NCBI GenBank assembly: GCA_051546255.1
Contig: CP128819.1
Coordinates: 186,001-250,000 of the forward strand
Direction: 5' to 3'
DNA: 64,000 bases
Source: Meyerozyma guilliermondii
Taxonomy: Eukaryota
A model generated the notes under the pieces. It saw nothing but the letters and a program-made list of their open reading frames with translations. It had not been told where the DNA came from and did not search any database. Below, piece after piece: positions 1-10,239 of this stretch. The position numbers and the translations under genes are program-made. Position 1 is the first letter of the stretch. Each line of letters starts with the position of its first letter.

Positions 1-542
1 AAAACTTGAAGTTGTACGTTGATATTGACAAAGCTGGGCTTACAATATTGGATGACTTTTTGAATGAGGAGAAACATTGGATTGAGTCCAAGGTGAACAA
101 GCACTTCCAAAAGATAATGACGTTTCTGCCCACTAGCAACTCGTTGAGGGTGGACAGTTTTATTTACGAAGTATTGGTTCATTTGGTGAAATTGGTGCAT
201 TTTGTAAAACCCATAACTGCGCCAGACGTATTTGTGAGCATTATGAATGAACTCCAAACCAGTTTTCTCAAAATGCTCCTAGAGTGCTTGAGGGCCCATT
301 CGCATATCGACAACTTACAGGGGTATATTGGCAACTTTAAGATGGATGTGAACTTTTTCGTGGAGGTTTTCGAGGGTAGTAACTATCTTCGGTTGAACGA
401 TATATCGATGAGCACCGTTGAAATTACTCTTCAAATGCTCAATGAAATCGAAAGAGAAACAACCTACAGCGACAGGCAGTTTGACGACATCTTGATGAAG
501 AACCTCAAGGACTCCGAGTACGAATTTGACTGCTTCTTGTGA
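1..542 (+). CDS. SEC5: Exocyst component Sec5, C-terminal part (gene starts before window)
   Basis: Helical C-terminus ('LRVDSFIYEVLVHLV...DVNFFVEVF...ILMKNLKDSEYEFDCF*') resembles the end of fungal Sec5; frame open from window start. Confidence 0.6.
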   Translation, partial: NLKLYVDIDKAGLTILDDFLNEEKHWIESKVNKHFQKIMTFLPTSNSLRVDSFIYEVLVHLVKLVHFVKPITAPDVFVSIMNELQTSFLKMLLECLRAHSHIDNLQGYIGNFKMDVNFFVEVFEGSNYLRLNDISMSTVEITLQMLNEIERETTYSDRQFDDILMKNLKDSEYEFDCFL

Positions 543-678
543 AAGTTACCCGTAAATTAAATTATGTGGAAATGAACGACTCGGCTATACACGATTATAA
601 CAATTTTGGAAGAAACGACCACTTGTGTGTGTATGTGTGTGATTTGATGGTCCCTTCAGCCGTGAATTGTTAGGTCTG

Positions 679-1854
679 TTACGCCTTTTCAGTGACGTGA
701 AGCTCGTCGTTGACGGTCTTCTCAATCTTCACGGAGGAAGACGAATTGTCTTCCTCAACAAAATCAGCACCAATATTCTGAGTCTTGAGCTTGTTGAACA
801 ACTCATTCTTCTCCTGCTCTGTGAGCTGGTTCTTCTTCTTACCCTTGATATGATACATAGGGTTCAATTCGATCAACTTCAAGTTCTTGCAGAAAGGCAA
901 GTGGCCCTTCTTTTCCTCGTAAAGCATCAATGCAATTGCAACAATAAGAGCAAGCCAGTAGATGTTGTATGAGATCACCGAGCCGTAGGTGGCAGAATTT
1001 TGCCAGCCTAATAAAGCATTGAAGACATCCCAACCGTTATCAGTCTCTGGATTGCAACAATTGACATGCCACACCGACTTACTAATATCGTAAGTTCCTG
1101 GACCAGAACCGTTTTCCGATGCATCTCCTCCCGTCTGGACACTAAGAACATGACTTTCAAAGTACCAAATACCACGAGAGAACAATCCGGCCGAAATAAG
1201 GTAAAGAACACAGGTGGAAAAAATCAAGAAAATTTGCATGGACATGGTGGAGCCTCCATAGTACAACAAAAAGCCCACGAAAACACCAGCGATGATTCCA
1301 CAAATTACAGGAATGGGAAAGGCTGTAGCAGGACTATTCAATCCCACACCACCAACGAAAACCACTGCTTCCAAGCCTTCTCTCAAACAGGTGATAAAAG
1401 GTAAAATGAACATACAATATTTTTTCGTCAAGTAACCAATTTTAAACCGATCAGCTTTCTTTTCTGGCTCCTTAATCAATGCCTGAGCCAACTTGACTCT
1501 CCATTTCTCCTTCATTTTGTTGATTCGCAACATGGCTATACCCATAAGTGAAATCAAGACAGTTGCAATGATACAGAAAATTCCCTCCCAGATATCCTCA
1601 GACTTGGTCCAAATATCGTTTTTCAACGAATAAAAAGCTCCAATAAAAGCACATCCCAAAATCAAACATAGAATTACCCCCAGTATACTCCCGGCCCAAA
1701 CCTGTCGCACCAATCGTTTGTATGTTGTTGGGTCTTCCGTGGCCTGGCCAAGACCTTGTTTAAGGAACGCAAGCAACACCGAGACAACCACAATGGCCTC
1801 TAGGGATTCACGGAAAACGATGAAAAAGATTTGCACATTGAAGACATTTACCAT
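679..1854 (-). CDS. FTR1: High-affinity iron permease
   Basis: MVNVFNVQIFFIVFRESLEA start, two RExLE iron-binding motifs (RESLE, REGLE), multiple TM segments, WHVNCCNPE loop. Confidence 0.95.
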   Translation of the reverse strand: MVNVFNVQIFFIVFRESLEAIVVVSVLLAFLKQGLGQATEDPTTYKRLVRQVWAGSILGVILCLILGCAFIGAFYSLKNDIWTKSEDIWEGIFCIIATVLISLMGIAMLRINKMKEKWRVKLAQALIKEPEKKADRFKIGYLTKKYCMFILPFITCLREGLEAVVFVGGVGLNSPATAFPIPVICGIIAGVFVGFLLYYGGSTMSMQIFLIFSTCVLYLISAGLFSRGIWYFESHVLSVQTGGDASENGSGPGTYDISKSVWHVNCCNPETDNGWDVFNALLGWQNSATYGSVISYNIYWLALIVAIALMLYEEKKGHLPFCKNLKLIELNPMYHIKGKKKNQLTEQEKNELFNKLKTQNIGADFVEEDNSSSSVKIEKTVNDELHVTEKA

Positions 1855-2091
1855 GGTGACGAATGGCTGCAAAAAGTTGCTAAAAGTTCAACCCAAGAAA
1901 ATAGACCACAAAATGATGTTTTGCGGGTACCTAAGGGCAATATTTGAACACGGTCTTGTTGGATTTTTTCAGTCCTTTTATCCTTCAAAATGGGCAGGGT
2001 GGCTTAAGCTGCAATCCTGTGCGGCTTTAGGCTACGGGCGGCCCGAATTGGCCGAATGTGTCAAAATGCCACCTTACGTAACCGCAGTTAG

Positions 2092-2305
2092 CCAATTACA
2101 GCTCGTTCTGGTGCTTAAGCCACTATGCACTAGCCCGTTTTTTTTCCTTTTTCTTTATCAGATACATCAATCAATGCATGTGGGCAATCGGGTGAATCCC
2201 CGGATCGCAAAAGCGAAATCGAACCACTTTCAAAGGGTGTGTTTCGGGTATCAATTGACAGGCTTTATGCAGCACCGCATACCTTTGCATAGATGAAATA
2301 GATAA
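2092..2305. promoter_or_regulatory. Candidate iron-regulatory sites upstream of FTR1 (CCAAT box and WGATAA sites)
   Basis: CCAAT at 2092, TTATCA ending 2160, AGATAA at 2300; fits CCAAT-complex and Sfu1-type GATA control, but the motifs are short. Confidence 0.3.
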
Positions 2306-2552
2306 CGAGATCTAAGATCAATATCGACATTATGATCGGCGGGCTGCTGTCCCGGTTCAAAGATGTTTGAGCATTACAATACATTTACGAAAGGTTTAAT
2401 TGTTTTAAACTAGATCATCTATTAATTTGCATGCCATATTCACAATTCATACTTTATACTTAACGTTTCACACTTTCACTTTTCGTGCCTTTGGGCAATT
2501 CTTTGCAGTTATGGTTTCGCTTGGACTTGTTTCGCTTAAACTTGACTCGCTT

Positions 2553-4031
2553 TCAGAACCCAGGAGGATACTTTTCTCGAAGCTTTCCTCCATATTTGTA
2601 AAACACCCATGGAATGGGTATCATGGCTAGTGCTATAAAACCAATCAAACTTCCACCCCAATGGATCCCGAGGTTGTGGAAAAGCTGACTGGAAAATAGG
2701 GGGAACACCGCAGCCAAAATGGACCGGAGAATTGTATTTGCAGCAATTACCGAGGCTGCATATTGACGGTTGGTATCCACAAGATAATTTAGACAGCCTT
2801 GGAAAATCACTATAACTCCCAAACCAGCGAACAATATTCCTATACACGGAACAACCCAGTGGACACTTTTCCAGCTTGTCCACGAAAAAAGGAAAATTCC
2901 AAAGGGAAGAGTCCATGCGACATACATGAGAATGGGAAACCGCTGTTCTGGTATTAGAACCCCATTATTGGCCTTGAGCTTTTTAGCGTAGATTCTGCCC
3001 CAAAATATGTTTACAACTAATCCAGCAGAGACTCCTAGAAACAAGGAAATGTTGGGTAATGTTGCAATGGTTCCAGTCCATCCTTTTGTGATGGAGAACA
3101 CTACATCAATGCCGGTGATAAGCATGTAGAATAGTCCAAAGACATAACTGGCAAAGATGGCTACCACAAAAATCACTGGCGAAACAAGCATCCTGAATGG
3201 TCGAAGCAAATGAACATGAAACATTTCGCTACTGGTGAGAGTCCATTTGTCGTGGGCACAATGCAAGTACCACTGGCGAGTTTCCAGTCTTAGTCGTTTT
3301 GTTTCCTTAGCCAAAAGAAGTGGCTCGTAGGTTTCATAGCACACTATCTCGCAAAGGGCAAAAAGACAAAAGTTGAAGAGTCCACAGAAATATTGAGGGT
3401 TTCTCCACGACACAATTTTGTCCGAAGCATGTACCAAAAGTGAGCTAATAGTGGGTCCAAAAGAAGGTCCATTGGCCACGAAAAAAGCATAGAACCCCAA
3501 CGCCATTCCTCGTTCTGCTGGGGTCCATATATCAGCAAGAACTCCTCCGCTAGACACCACTGGGGCACCGGCAAAAAAACCGGCAATGAACCGAAAAACC
3601 AAAATGGCTGGAAGCGTAGAACAGCAAGCAACCACAAATGTGAACACTCCAGAGAGAAAAAAGGGGACCAAGACGCCCAATTTGCGTCCGTAGACCTCGG
3701 ATAACGGCGCAAATACCATCGGGCCGAATGCAATGCCCAAAATATAGAAGGTGGTGGCTAGTAATGTCACTTCTCGGGAAGCTCCGAATTCTTCCTTGAA
3801 AAGCTGAGGTATTATAGCGGTTGATATTGAAGTGGAATTGAGCTGGGCGGCAAATGTGGTCATGCCAAAGAGAGCCGTATGAACAAGTTTTTTCTTTCTG
3901 GTCCAATTTATGGGTCGAAGGTGAGAATCGGCTGCAAATGTGAGACACCCATCTTTGTCAGTAACGAAGTCATTTTTCCACCCATTGGATTTCTCGGCAT
4001 CTTCTGTGGCTAGAGTGTCATGGTCTTCCAT
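2553..4031 (-). CDS. MFS drug:H+ antiporter, DHA1 family (TPO/FLU1/MDR1-like)
   Basis: P-x-NW, GPMVFAPLSEVYGRK, RFIAGFFAG, PEQR and LGIHWGGS motifs, about 12 TM; first ATG at 4031. Confidence 0.9.
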   Translation of the reverse strand: MEDHDTLATEDAEKSNGWKNDFVTDKDGCLTFAADSHLRPINWTRKKKLVHTALFGMTTFAAQLNSTSISTAIIPQLFKEEFGASREVTLLATTFYILGIAFGPMVFAPLSEVYGRKLGVLVPFFLSGVFTFVVACCSTLPAILVFRFIAGFFAGAPVVSSGGVLADIWTPAERGMALGFYAFFVANGPSFGPTISSLLVHASDKIVSWRNPQYFCGLFNFCLFALCEIVCYETYEPLLLAKETKRLRLETRQWYLHCAHDKWTLTSSEMFHVHLLRPFRMLVSPVIFVVAIFASYVFGLFYMLITGIDVVFSITKGWTGTIATLPNISLFLGVSAGLVVNIFWGRIYAKKLKANNGVLIPEQRFPILMYVAWTLPFGIFLFSWTSWKSVHWVVPCIGILFAGLGVIVIFQGCLNYLVDTNRQYAASVIAANTILRSILAAVFPLFSSQLFHNLGIHWGGSLIGFIALAMIPIPWVFYKYGGKLREKYPPGF

Positions 4032-4607
4032 TTTTGACAGGTTAGAGGTGGAATGGTGGTGAAAATTGTTATTTAAATAAACGGGGCTTATCACGGTTTT
4101 AAGATGAACTTGAGATTTCGGAGTGCGGCCCGCGTGCGGCGGTGTCCCGAGCTCGGCCGAAGCTCATGTAGTAATCGGTGTTGCAACCACCAGGGTTTGA
4201 GCTGCGTGAAGTACAATGTGGTGCCGAAGTATACTATTTTTGGTATATTTGCTCATTTTGTGGAAATGTCAATTTTTATATTTGTCATCACTGGTCTTTC
4301 ACCGTCTTTAGCAACATGAATCTCACAGAACAAGAAGCAAAATTTTGAAAATTTCTGAAAATTTTGAAAGCTGTTAACTACTTCCAAGCAAGTGTCAGCG
4401 TGACTTCCTGATGCTGAAATTCTTTTTCAGGTACCTTTCTTCTTAATATTTCTTCTATTTCCTTGATTTTTCACTAGTCTCTCAAAAATACGTTCAGTAA
4501 ATGTTGAGCCAAAAGTGCTAAAGTCTCTTATTTTGCTACCTCCCTCCTTTTCGATTAGCTTCTCTTCTTTAACTCCTCTTCTTTAACTTCTCTTAACTTC
4601 CCTTTTT

Positions 4608-5741
4608 TTAACTTTCAGTTTTCATCTCCACAACCACCGTCTCACCAGCTGACAGATGGAGCACATTATTTACATGGTATGCCACTTCCGTGCCACATCC
4701 AAACACAGACAGAGTCCCTTCCACGTCAGAATTGCTGTGACGAAACCCTGAAGCCTCATTGATGCGTTCAAATATAAAACTGCCGTTCTTTGTCTCTATC
4801 TCATGTTGGTGAGATGCCTTCTTATTTTCTGGAGTTAGCATGAAAAACTCAATTCTGTCTCCTTTCTGTACCTTTGCCTCTGGCGAGACCACCAAAGTGT
4901 CGGATTTTGGTCCCCATCCACCTCCGCCAGCTATAACTTGGTAGCGGTACTCGGTATTCTCGCGATAAAGTTTCACATAAACTTCGGTGTCTTTGGACCC
5001 AATGCTCATCAACTGATCATTTTGCTCGAGAAACTTGGCTGCGGAGCTGCCATTGAGCGATTTAATGAGGTTTCCAATGCAATTCGTGACAAAAAGTGGT
5101 TTTTCAGATGGTAGCGCAGTCCATCGATCGTGAACTTTTACCACTGCATTTTGTGCCGATATGGGCAATTCGACTCGAAGATCACATAAGGCACTGTCTG
5201 AAAATCCAGCTGTTACCTTATCGTCGAGTTGAGGTGGCTGCAAGTAAAAGAGCGTCACCAAGTTGTCGTTCACAAACGCCGTGTTCGCAAGATTCACGGA
5301 AACATCGACATTTTTTGCTACTTTCATAGAAAACGCCGAATCTATAAGCTTCCAGTTCTTTCGAGCTCCCACTACATTCACCCCATCGCTCTGTCGAGGT
5401 GGTTTATTCAAGTCATCTTTCTCGTCGAGAAATATGCCATCTTTGACTTTGAAGAATTCGTCCATCCACAACTCTGAAACACCACTATTCCCCATTGGTG
5501 GAACACTGTCTACACCAGCAACGACTATCTGGAGCTTTTGGTCTTCAAAAAGCTTAATTGCAGCATCAATGGTAGAGTTGAGGTGGGTTGGTGAGGATAA
5601 CAAAATCACCGATTTTGGAGCAAACGAAGTTGGAGCTGTCGCATGGTATGTGTTTGGGTTTCTTACAGTGCGAGAGAACGTCAGTAAGCACCTGGAAAAG
5701 TTTTTTGGAACCGGTAACTTTCGTATAGCATTCACATACAT
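4608..5741 (-). CDS. Conserved fungal hypothetical protein, possibly mitochondrial with a FIST-like domain
   Basis: 377 aa ORF, Arg-rich acid-free N-terminus, IAGGGGWG motif. Confidence 0.6.
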   Translation of the reverse strand: MYVNAIRKLPVPKNFSRCLLTFSRTVRNPNTYHATAPTSFAPKSVILLSSPTHLNSTIDAAIKLFEDQKLQIVVAGVDSVPPMGNSGVSELWMDEFFKVKDGIFLDEKDDLNKPPRQSDGVNVVGARKNWKLIDSAFSMKVAKNVDVSVNLANTAFVNDNLVTLFYLQPPQLDDKVTAGFSDSALCDLRVELPISAQNAVVKVHDRWTALPSEKPLFVTNCIGNLIKSLNGSSAAKFLEQNDQLMSIGSKDTEVYVKLYRENTEYRYQVIAGGGGWGPKSDTLVVSPEAKVQKGDRIEFFMLTPENKKASHQHEIETKNGSFIFERINEASGFRHSNSDVEGTLSVFGCGTEVAYHVNNVLHLSAGETVVVEMKTES

Positions 5742-5810
5742 AATTGTGAAAGTGAAAAATTCACCGCGATTTGCGAAATCTGGGGAAGATGCAATTAAGT
5801 AACCAAGAAT

Positions 5811-7049
5811 CTAAATATCTAACTTTTGTTCTGGGTCTATTTTCTCAGAATTGCTTCCATTCTCTTTGTGTTCCTCTGTCTCCAGCTCTTTTCTCTTCTT
5901 TTGTACCTGCTCACTGCTTTCCTCCAATCCATGCTTGGCGAGCCTCTCCTTCTCTTCCTGGATCAATGGAGCCATTTTCTCTCTAGTCGCTTCCAACTCC
6001 TTCGCCACGTCTACCTCGTGTCCTTGCTCGAGTACTGCCTTCAATACAGGGCCCCAGACTCGGTCATCGTTCTCAGCAAAGTCTTCCCACCTGAACACAT
6101 TTTTTCCAATTTTCCAATCCGATTGCTGAGTCCGTCTCAACTCGACCATATAAGCGGAAGACTCCAATGCCCGGCCAATATCCCCTATGAGACTCCGTAT
6201 GTACGTCCCCGAAGACACACTGGTTACAAAATGAATCATGGGCAATTTTTCAGGAAGTTGCTCACCATCTTCCAAGACTCTTGGAGGTGCTGTTTCTGTC
6301 GTTTTTTCGTTAGCTTCATTGTACTGATCCGAGAAGTACAACGGTGTTTTGAGGAGAGTCTCGTTGTGGAAAAGCTTGTTTTGTTCTTCAGGGTTCAAAT
6401 CTGTTTCAAGCTTGTTGAACTCATGATCTGTCGACATGGTATCGTCAAGTACAGTAAGCGAGTTCACCTTAACATCTCTAGTCTTTATAGGCATTGGCAA
6501 CGGAATACCTTCTCTTGCGTACTCGTACAACGGTTTTCCATTCATCTTGAGCGCCGAAAAGATGGGAGGCATTTGCTTGATATTCCCCACAAATTTTTCA
6601 CAGGTCTTTTCAACGTCTTTTTTCGTTATATGATCCACTTTGTTTTTGCTCAATATGTCACCTTCAGAGTCTCCCGTTGTAGTTGAAATGCCCAAAAGTG
6701 CCTTAGTTTCATAGGTCTTGTCACATTCTCCCAAATAATGGCTCAATTGTTTGGTACCGCTTCCCACTCCAACAACCAATATACCACTTGCCAAGGGATC
6801 CAAAGTACCACCATGGCCTATTTTCACCTTGAGGTTTCTGATTTTCTTGTCGATTTTCTCCTTTTTCCACTTTTTGTCCGTCAGTAAAGCGGCTCTTCTG
6901 CCGTCTCGAAATTCTTGCAAATGCTGCTCAAAGACATGTGACTTGGTAAATAGGTCTTGAAGATCAAGAAGAAACTTGGACGATGTGACACCCAGAGGCT
7001 TGTCTATAGCAAATATTCCGTTCATGTTTCGTGGAGTGTACTTGAACAT
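5811..7049 (-). CDS. PUS4: tRNA pseudouridine-55 synthase (TruB family)
   Basis: NGIFAIDKP, KIGHGGTLDPLASG, PPIFSALK and SGTYIRSL motifs; ATG at 7049 or 7025. Confidence 0.95.
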   Translation of the reverse strand: MFKYTPRNMNGIFAIDKPLGVTSSKFLLDLQDLFTKSHVFEQHLQEFRDGRRAALLTDKKWKKEKIDKKIRNLKVKIGHGGTLDPLASGILVVGVGSGTKQLSHYLGECDKTYETKALLGISTTTGDSEGDILSKNKVDHITKKDVEKTCEKFVGNIKQMPPIFSALKMNGKPLYEYAREGIPLPMPIKTRDVKVNSLTVLDDTMSTDHEFNKLETDLNPEEQNKLFHNETLLKTPLYFSDQYNEANEKTTETAPPRVLEDGEQLPEKLPMIHFVTSVSSGTYIRSLIGDIGRALESSAYMVELRRTQQSDWKIGKNVFRWEDFAENDDRVWGPVLKAVLEQGHEVDVAKELEATREKMAPLIQEEKERLAKHGLEESSEQVQKKRKELETEEHKENGSNSEKIDPEQKLDI

Positions 7050-7099
7050 CCAACGGATGGATGAGATGAGATGAGTGCGAGTGCGAGATAGGAGAGATG

Positions 7100-7145
7100 A
7101 GCAAGAAGTAAGCAGTAAGCAGGAGCAGTAAGCAGGAGCAGAAAG
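7100..7145. repeat. Degenerate AGCAG(T/G)A microsatellite upstream of PUS4
   Basis: agcaagaagtaagcagtaagcaggagcagtaagcaggagcagaaag; GAGATGAG (PAC-like) copies lie nearby at about 7060-7075. Confidence 0.5.
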
Positions 7146-7214
7146 CAATGAACAGCAATTGTCAGAATATAGCAAGACGTTATAGCAGAGTATAGCAATA
7201 TAGCAAATTAGTTA

Positions 7215-8022
7215 TTAGCAGATAGCATTACGATGTTCTGATTCTGGTTCTGGTTCAGTTCCACGAGGATTAGGTATCTGAAAATCAAGCTGAGTTAGTA
7301 CCTGAGTTCCTTTCTTATAAACAAAAGGAGTATGATTGACTTACCGAAAGATATCCGCATCTTCGAGGCGAAATGAGAACCAAATCTGGGTTGAGTGTTT
7401 TGAGATATTCGTTAGTCGTGGTCACATAATCCTCCAATTCCTGGAGTTTTCGTCGTTCGTGGCGGTTTTTTCGTATCTTGGAGTATACTGTAAACGTGAC
7501 AATGTCTAGTATCGATTCCACTACGTTTTCCCAGCCAAATGGATTTAAAGCTGCAAACAATAAACCGTTGATTTTCGTCACAATTTCAATAAATTCCTGC
7601 TCCAGAAGCAAGCCAGGAACAAGAGGCGTTACCGATGTTACTCCGAACACGGAACCGTCAAATTGACCTCTCGGAGTAAAGTTTTTGTTGTTATCAGTGA
7701 GAGCAGCATCTTCAGTTCCGGGCACGGCTGGTGAAAATTGAGGAATTATATCGGAGTCCTGAATAGTATGGTATACTCTCGGTATCCTCACGATGCGGCA
7801 GTTTCCGCTAGGGGCATCAGAACCTTCAAACGGCGGTTTTTTTTCTGGTAAATCATGGTCGAAATCGGGAAAATGATTCACTACGAGTTTTATATTTATC
7901 GGCTCATCTGGGTCCGCCAAGTATTCATGGTAGTTGAAGAACTGTAGGGGCTCGGGAACATCGGTCAGAATTGATTTTTCAACGCCTGATTCATTGTGGT
8001 TCAGTGCCTGTTGGTGGCTCAT
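7215..8022 (-). CDS. SHR5: Ras palmitoyltransferase accessory subunit (Erf4/Golgin A7 family); exons 8022-7345 and 7289-7215
   Basis: RIPRVY, PQFS and INxxL motifs; splicing the GTAAGT...TACTAAC..CAG intron 7344-7290 restores the family ending GYLSLDFQIP. Confidence 0.85.
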
Positions 8023-8026
8023 GAAG

Positions 8027-8146
8027 ACCCAATGTTGAAATCAAGATATGACATAATCAATTTCTCAAGTAATTCTTTAGGAAGGATTAGCCGCTAGTAT
8101 TTAGTTTGTCTAAGCCGCTAGATTTGAGAATTGTTACGGACACCTC
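8027..8146 (+). repeat. Left boundary direct repeat (copy at 12585-12935)
   Basis: tgttgaaatc...aagtaattct..taggaag and agccgctag...tgtctaagc(c)gctagatttgag...tacggacacctc recur at about 12592-12635 and 12882-12935. Confidence 0.8.
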
Positions 8147-8148
8147 CA

Positions 8149-8497
8149 GTAAATTAGTCAAACTTTATATTGGTCTGTTTTTCTTTCCGCTGAATAAGTC
8201 TGGGAATTAAAGTGTCCCCCTATTAGAGATCAACAAGAATCTAAAGGGAAATACCGTAAAAATTGCCAGTTTATGAGTCTATTTATATGGGAAATTTAAG
8301 CAAGAAAGTTTAGATTACTAGCTAGAAATCTATTTAAATATTGAATCGAACGAGTCTAGAAATTTAATCAGGGATCGCATACCTTGTTAGACGACACTGT
8401 AACACCAATATAGTGTTGGATTTCACATAGCTCACACACACGGTGAAGGATACGTGATCAGCTCATAATCCAACAATATGCGATAGGGATAGCAGAT
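8149..8497 (+). repeat. Non-coding repeat R, copy 1
   Basis: Colinear match to 10611-11010 (gtaaattagtcaaacttt ... tcagggatcgcataccttgttag ... gatcagctcataatccaacaatatgcgatagggatagcagat). Confidence 0.9.
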
Positions 8498-8614
8498 GTT
8501 CGTTATGCTCAAGTATTTCCGCACGAGAATTTCCCGGTAAGAACCGGAATCTTCTGGAGTAACCCCTTCGATATTAGCAATTTTAGCGAACGAATTGAAC
8601 TGTGGTCCAGAGTT

Positions 8615-9163
8615 TCAGCCATTTCTGGTCACCCCATTCACACGTAACTCATAAAGCAGTATTGTTTCCATGATGCTGCCAAGAATTGCTGACAAACATA
8701 ATTGGTGAAAATTGAATATAGTTAGATTCTGTGATTGGTGGTAGGAACAGAAAGCGATAAGACATGTCAGGAAGCACATAGCAACAGATAATAAGCTGTA
8801 AATTAATGGAACCTTATGCTGATAGGAAACGTATACGGAAAGTATCCGATTTTTTAAAAGCCACGCGTAAACCATTGCAAAACAGATCCAGAAATAAATC
8901 GAGATTCTAATCTCTGCACCCTCGCCGTAGAACGTGGCGACCACGACTAGAAGTAGAGTAACGAATCCTGCAGCCAATTTATGCGCTATTAACCAGTTTT
9001 CCAAAATCTGGAACGTAGCTTCATCCATTTGTGGCGTAGGCATTCCTTCCAATTGTGGTGAAGTCAGTTCTTCCATTTGTGTTGGAATCCGTTCTTGCAC
9101 TTGTGTTGGAATCATTTCATCCACTTGTGGAGGAGTCATTCCTTGCACTTGTGGTGTTGTCAT
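8615..9163 (-). CDS. Orphan ~4-TM membrane protein A1 with six 8-aa N-terminal repeats
   Basis: 182 aa from ATG 9163; repeats MTTPQVQG/MTPPQVDE/MIPTQVQE/RIPTQMEE/LTSPQLEG/MPTPQMDE followed by hydrophobic segments; paralog at 11046-11582. Confidence 0.7.
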   Translation of the reverse strand: MTTPQVQGMTPPQVDEMIPTQVQERIPTQMEELTSPQLEGMPTPQMDEATFQILENWLIAHKLAAGFVTLLLVVVATFYGEGAEIRISIYFWICFAMVYAWLLKNRILSVYVSYQHKVPLIYSLLSVAMCFLTCLIAFCSYHQSQNLTIFNFHQLCLSAILGSIMETILLYELRVNGVTRNG

Positions 9164-9289
9164 GATCAAGATGAAATCAAGATGAAGTCACAAAAGTAGA
9201 ATGCGAAAAGGGTTTTGCAGCCACGTTATGAGCCACGCGACCGTTGTTGGATTATTAAGTGATTATGTGATGATATCTATAGTGTTGCG

Positions 9290-9495
9290 TGAGCTATATG
9301 GATCTACTCTAACACTATATTGGTGATATGGTGCCTTTCTAATAAGGTATCCGATTAGTAAACATCGATCGAATCTTCTAGATTCAATCGATTTATTCCT
9401 TAGATCCTATACTGGTTTATAATTAGTAATTTAAATTGTTTGCTTGAATCTCCATATTGAGAATCTTTTCTTTAGAGGAACCATTACCCGGCAAT
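9290..9495 (-). repeat. Inverted, more diverged partial copy of repeat R
   Basis: Reverse complement reads ...attctcaatatggagattcaagcaa...ataccttattagaa...caccaatatagtgtt...atagctc, matching 8285-8433 and about 10770-10935. Confidence 0.75.
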
Positions 9496-9822
9496 ACTGT
9501 CCTTGTGCCGTATCACAATGATTATCGAATAGAATTCCTGCGTAGTTCAACAATTATCCATGAAATTCACCCAAATATAAAAAGCAGAAGACTTGAAATA
9601 TTATGTCTCGAAATTATGTTCATTGGTCTCCCTAGGTATTCAAGAGCAATTAGGTGATTATACTACACTGTAAGAATGTCAGGTCATAAGCGAAATAGTA
9701 GATCTTTTGGTTTTACATGTACAATTTGCTTGGTGAAAGCCGCACCTTCGTATGTTTCCAGCCGCGTATCGTGAGGCTAACGAGATTTTGCAACCAAGAG
9801 CTGTGAACCTTTGATGTCATGA

Positions 9823-10239
9823 CTATGATATGTAGCCATTGTAAGTCAAAGAACCTAATGATGCAATGAACGCCACAAGCCAAATTAAGTGCAATTCAAA
9901 ATTTCCCACTTTATCCTTATATCGAAAGCAAGCGATTATGCTATCAATCCAAATGGCAGAACCGAGCACAAGACAAACTGCAGAACTAACCCAGAGATAA
10001 CGGCGAGGATCATTTTTCTGTTTTATGTCAGCGTTGTAGTAAGATGACATCGTCATCGAGGCTATAAAAAGGTACAATACAAGGCAAAATAAAATTTCCC
10101 TTATCGTGTGCCTAAGTTTATGCAGAGTCTTGGCTCTAGTTTCTGTAGTCATTCCCACAGTTTCTTCAGTCATCCTTTCACCCATAGGTTGCTCAATCTT
10201 TTTTTCCCCCATAGTTTCTTCGGTCGGTTTTTCTTCCAT
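9823..10239 (-). CDS. Orphan ~3-TM membrane protein B1 with three 9-aa N-terminal repeats
   Basis: MEEKPTEET/MGEKKIEQP/MGERMTEET followed by three hydrophobic segments; clear paralog B2. Confidence 0.75.
   Translation of the reverse strand: MEEKPTEETMGEKKIEQPMGERMTEETVGMTTETRAKTLHKLRHTIREILFCLVLYLFIASMTMSSYYNADIKQKNDPRRYLWVSSAVCLVLGSAIWIDSIIACFRYKDKVGNFELHLIWLVAFIASLGSLTYNGYIS

Noticed and set aside
7050..7175. N-terminal extension of PUS4 from a non-ATG start
   Set aside because: Open frame runs through microsatellite and PAC-like promoter repeats
8088..8120. URS1-like AGCCGCTA motifs
   Set aside because: Mismatch to the AGCCGCC core
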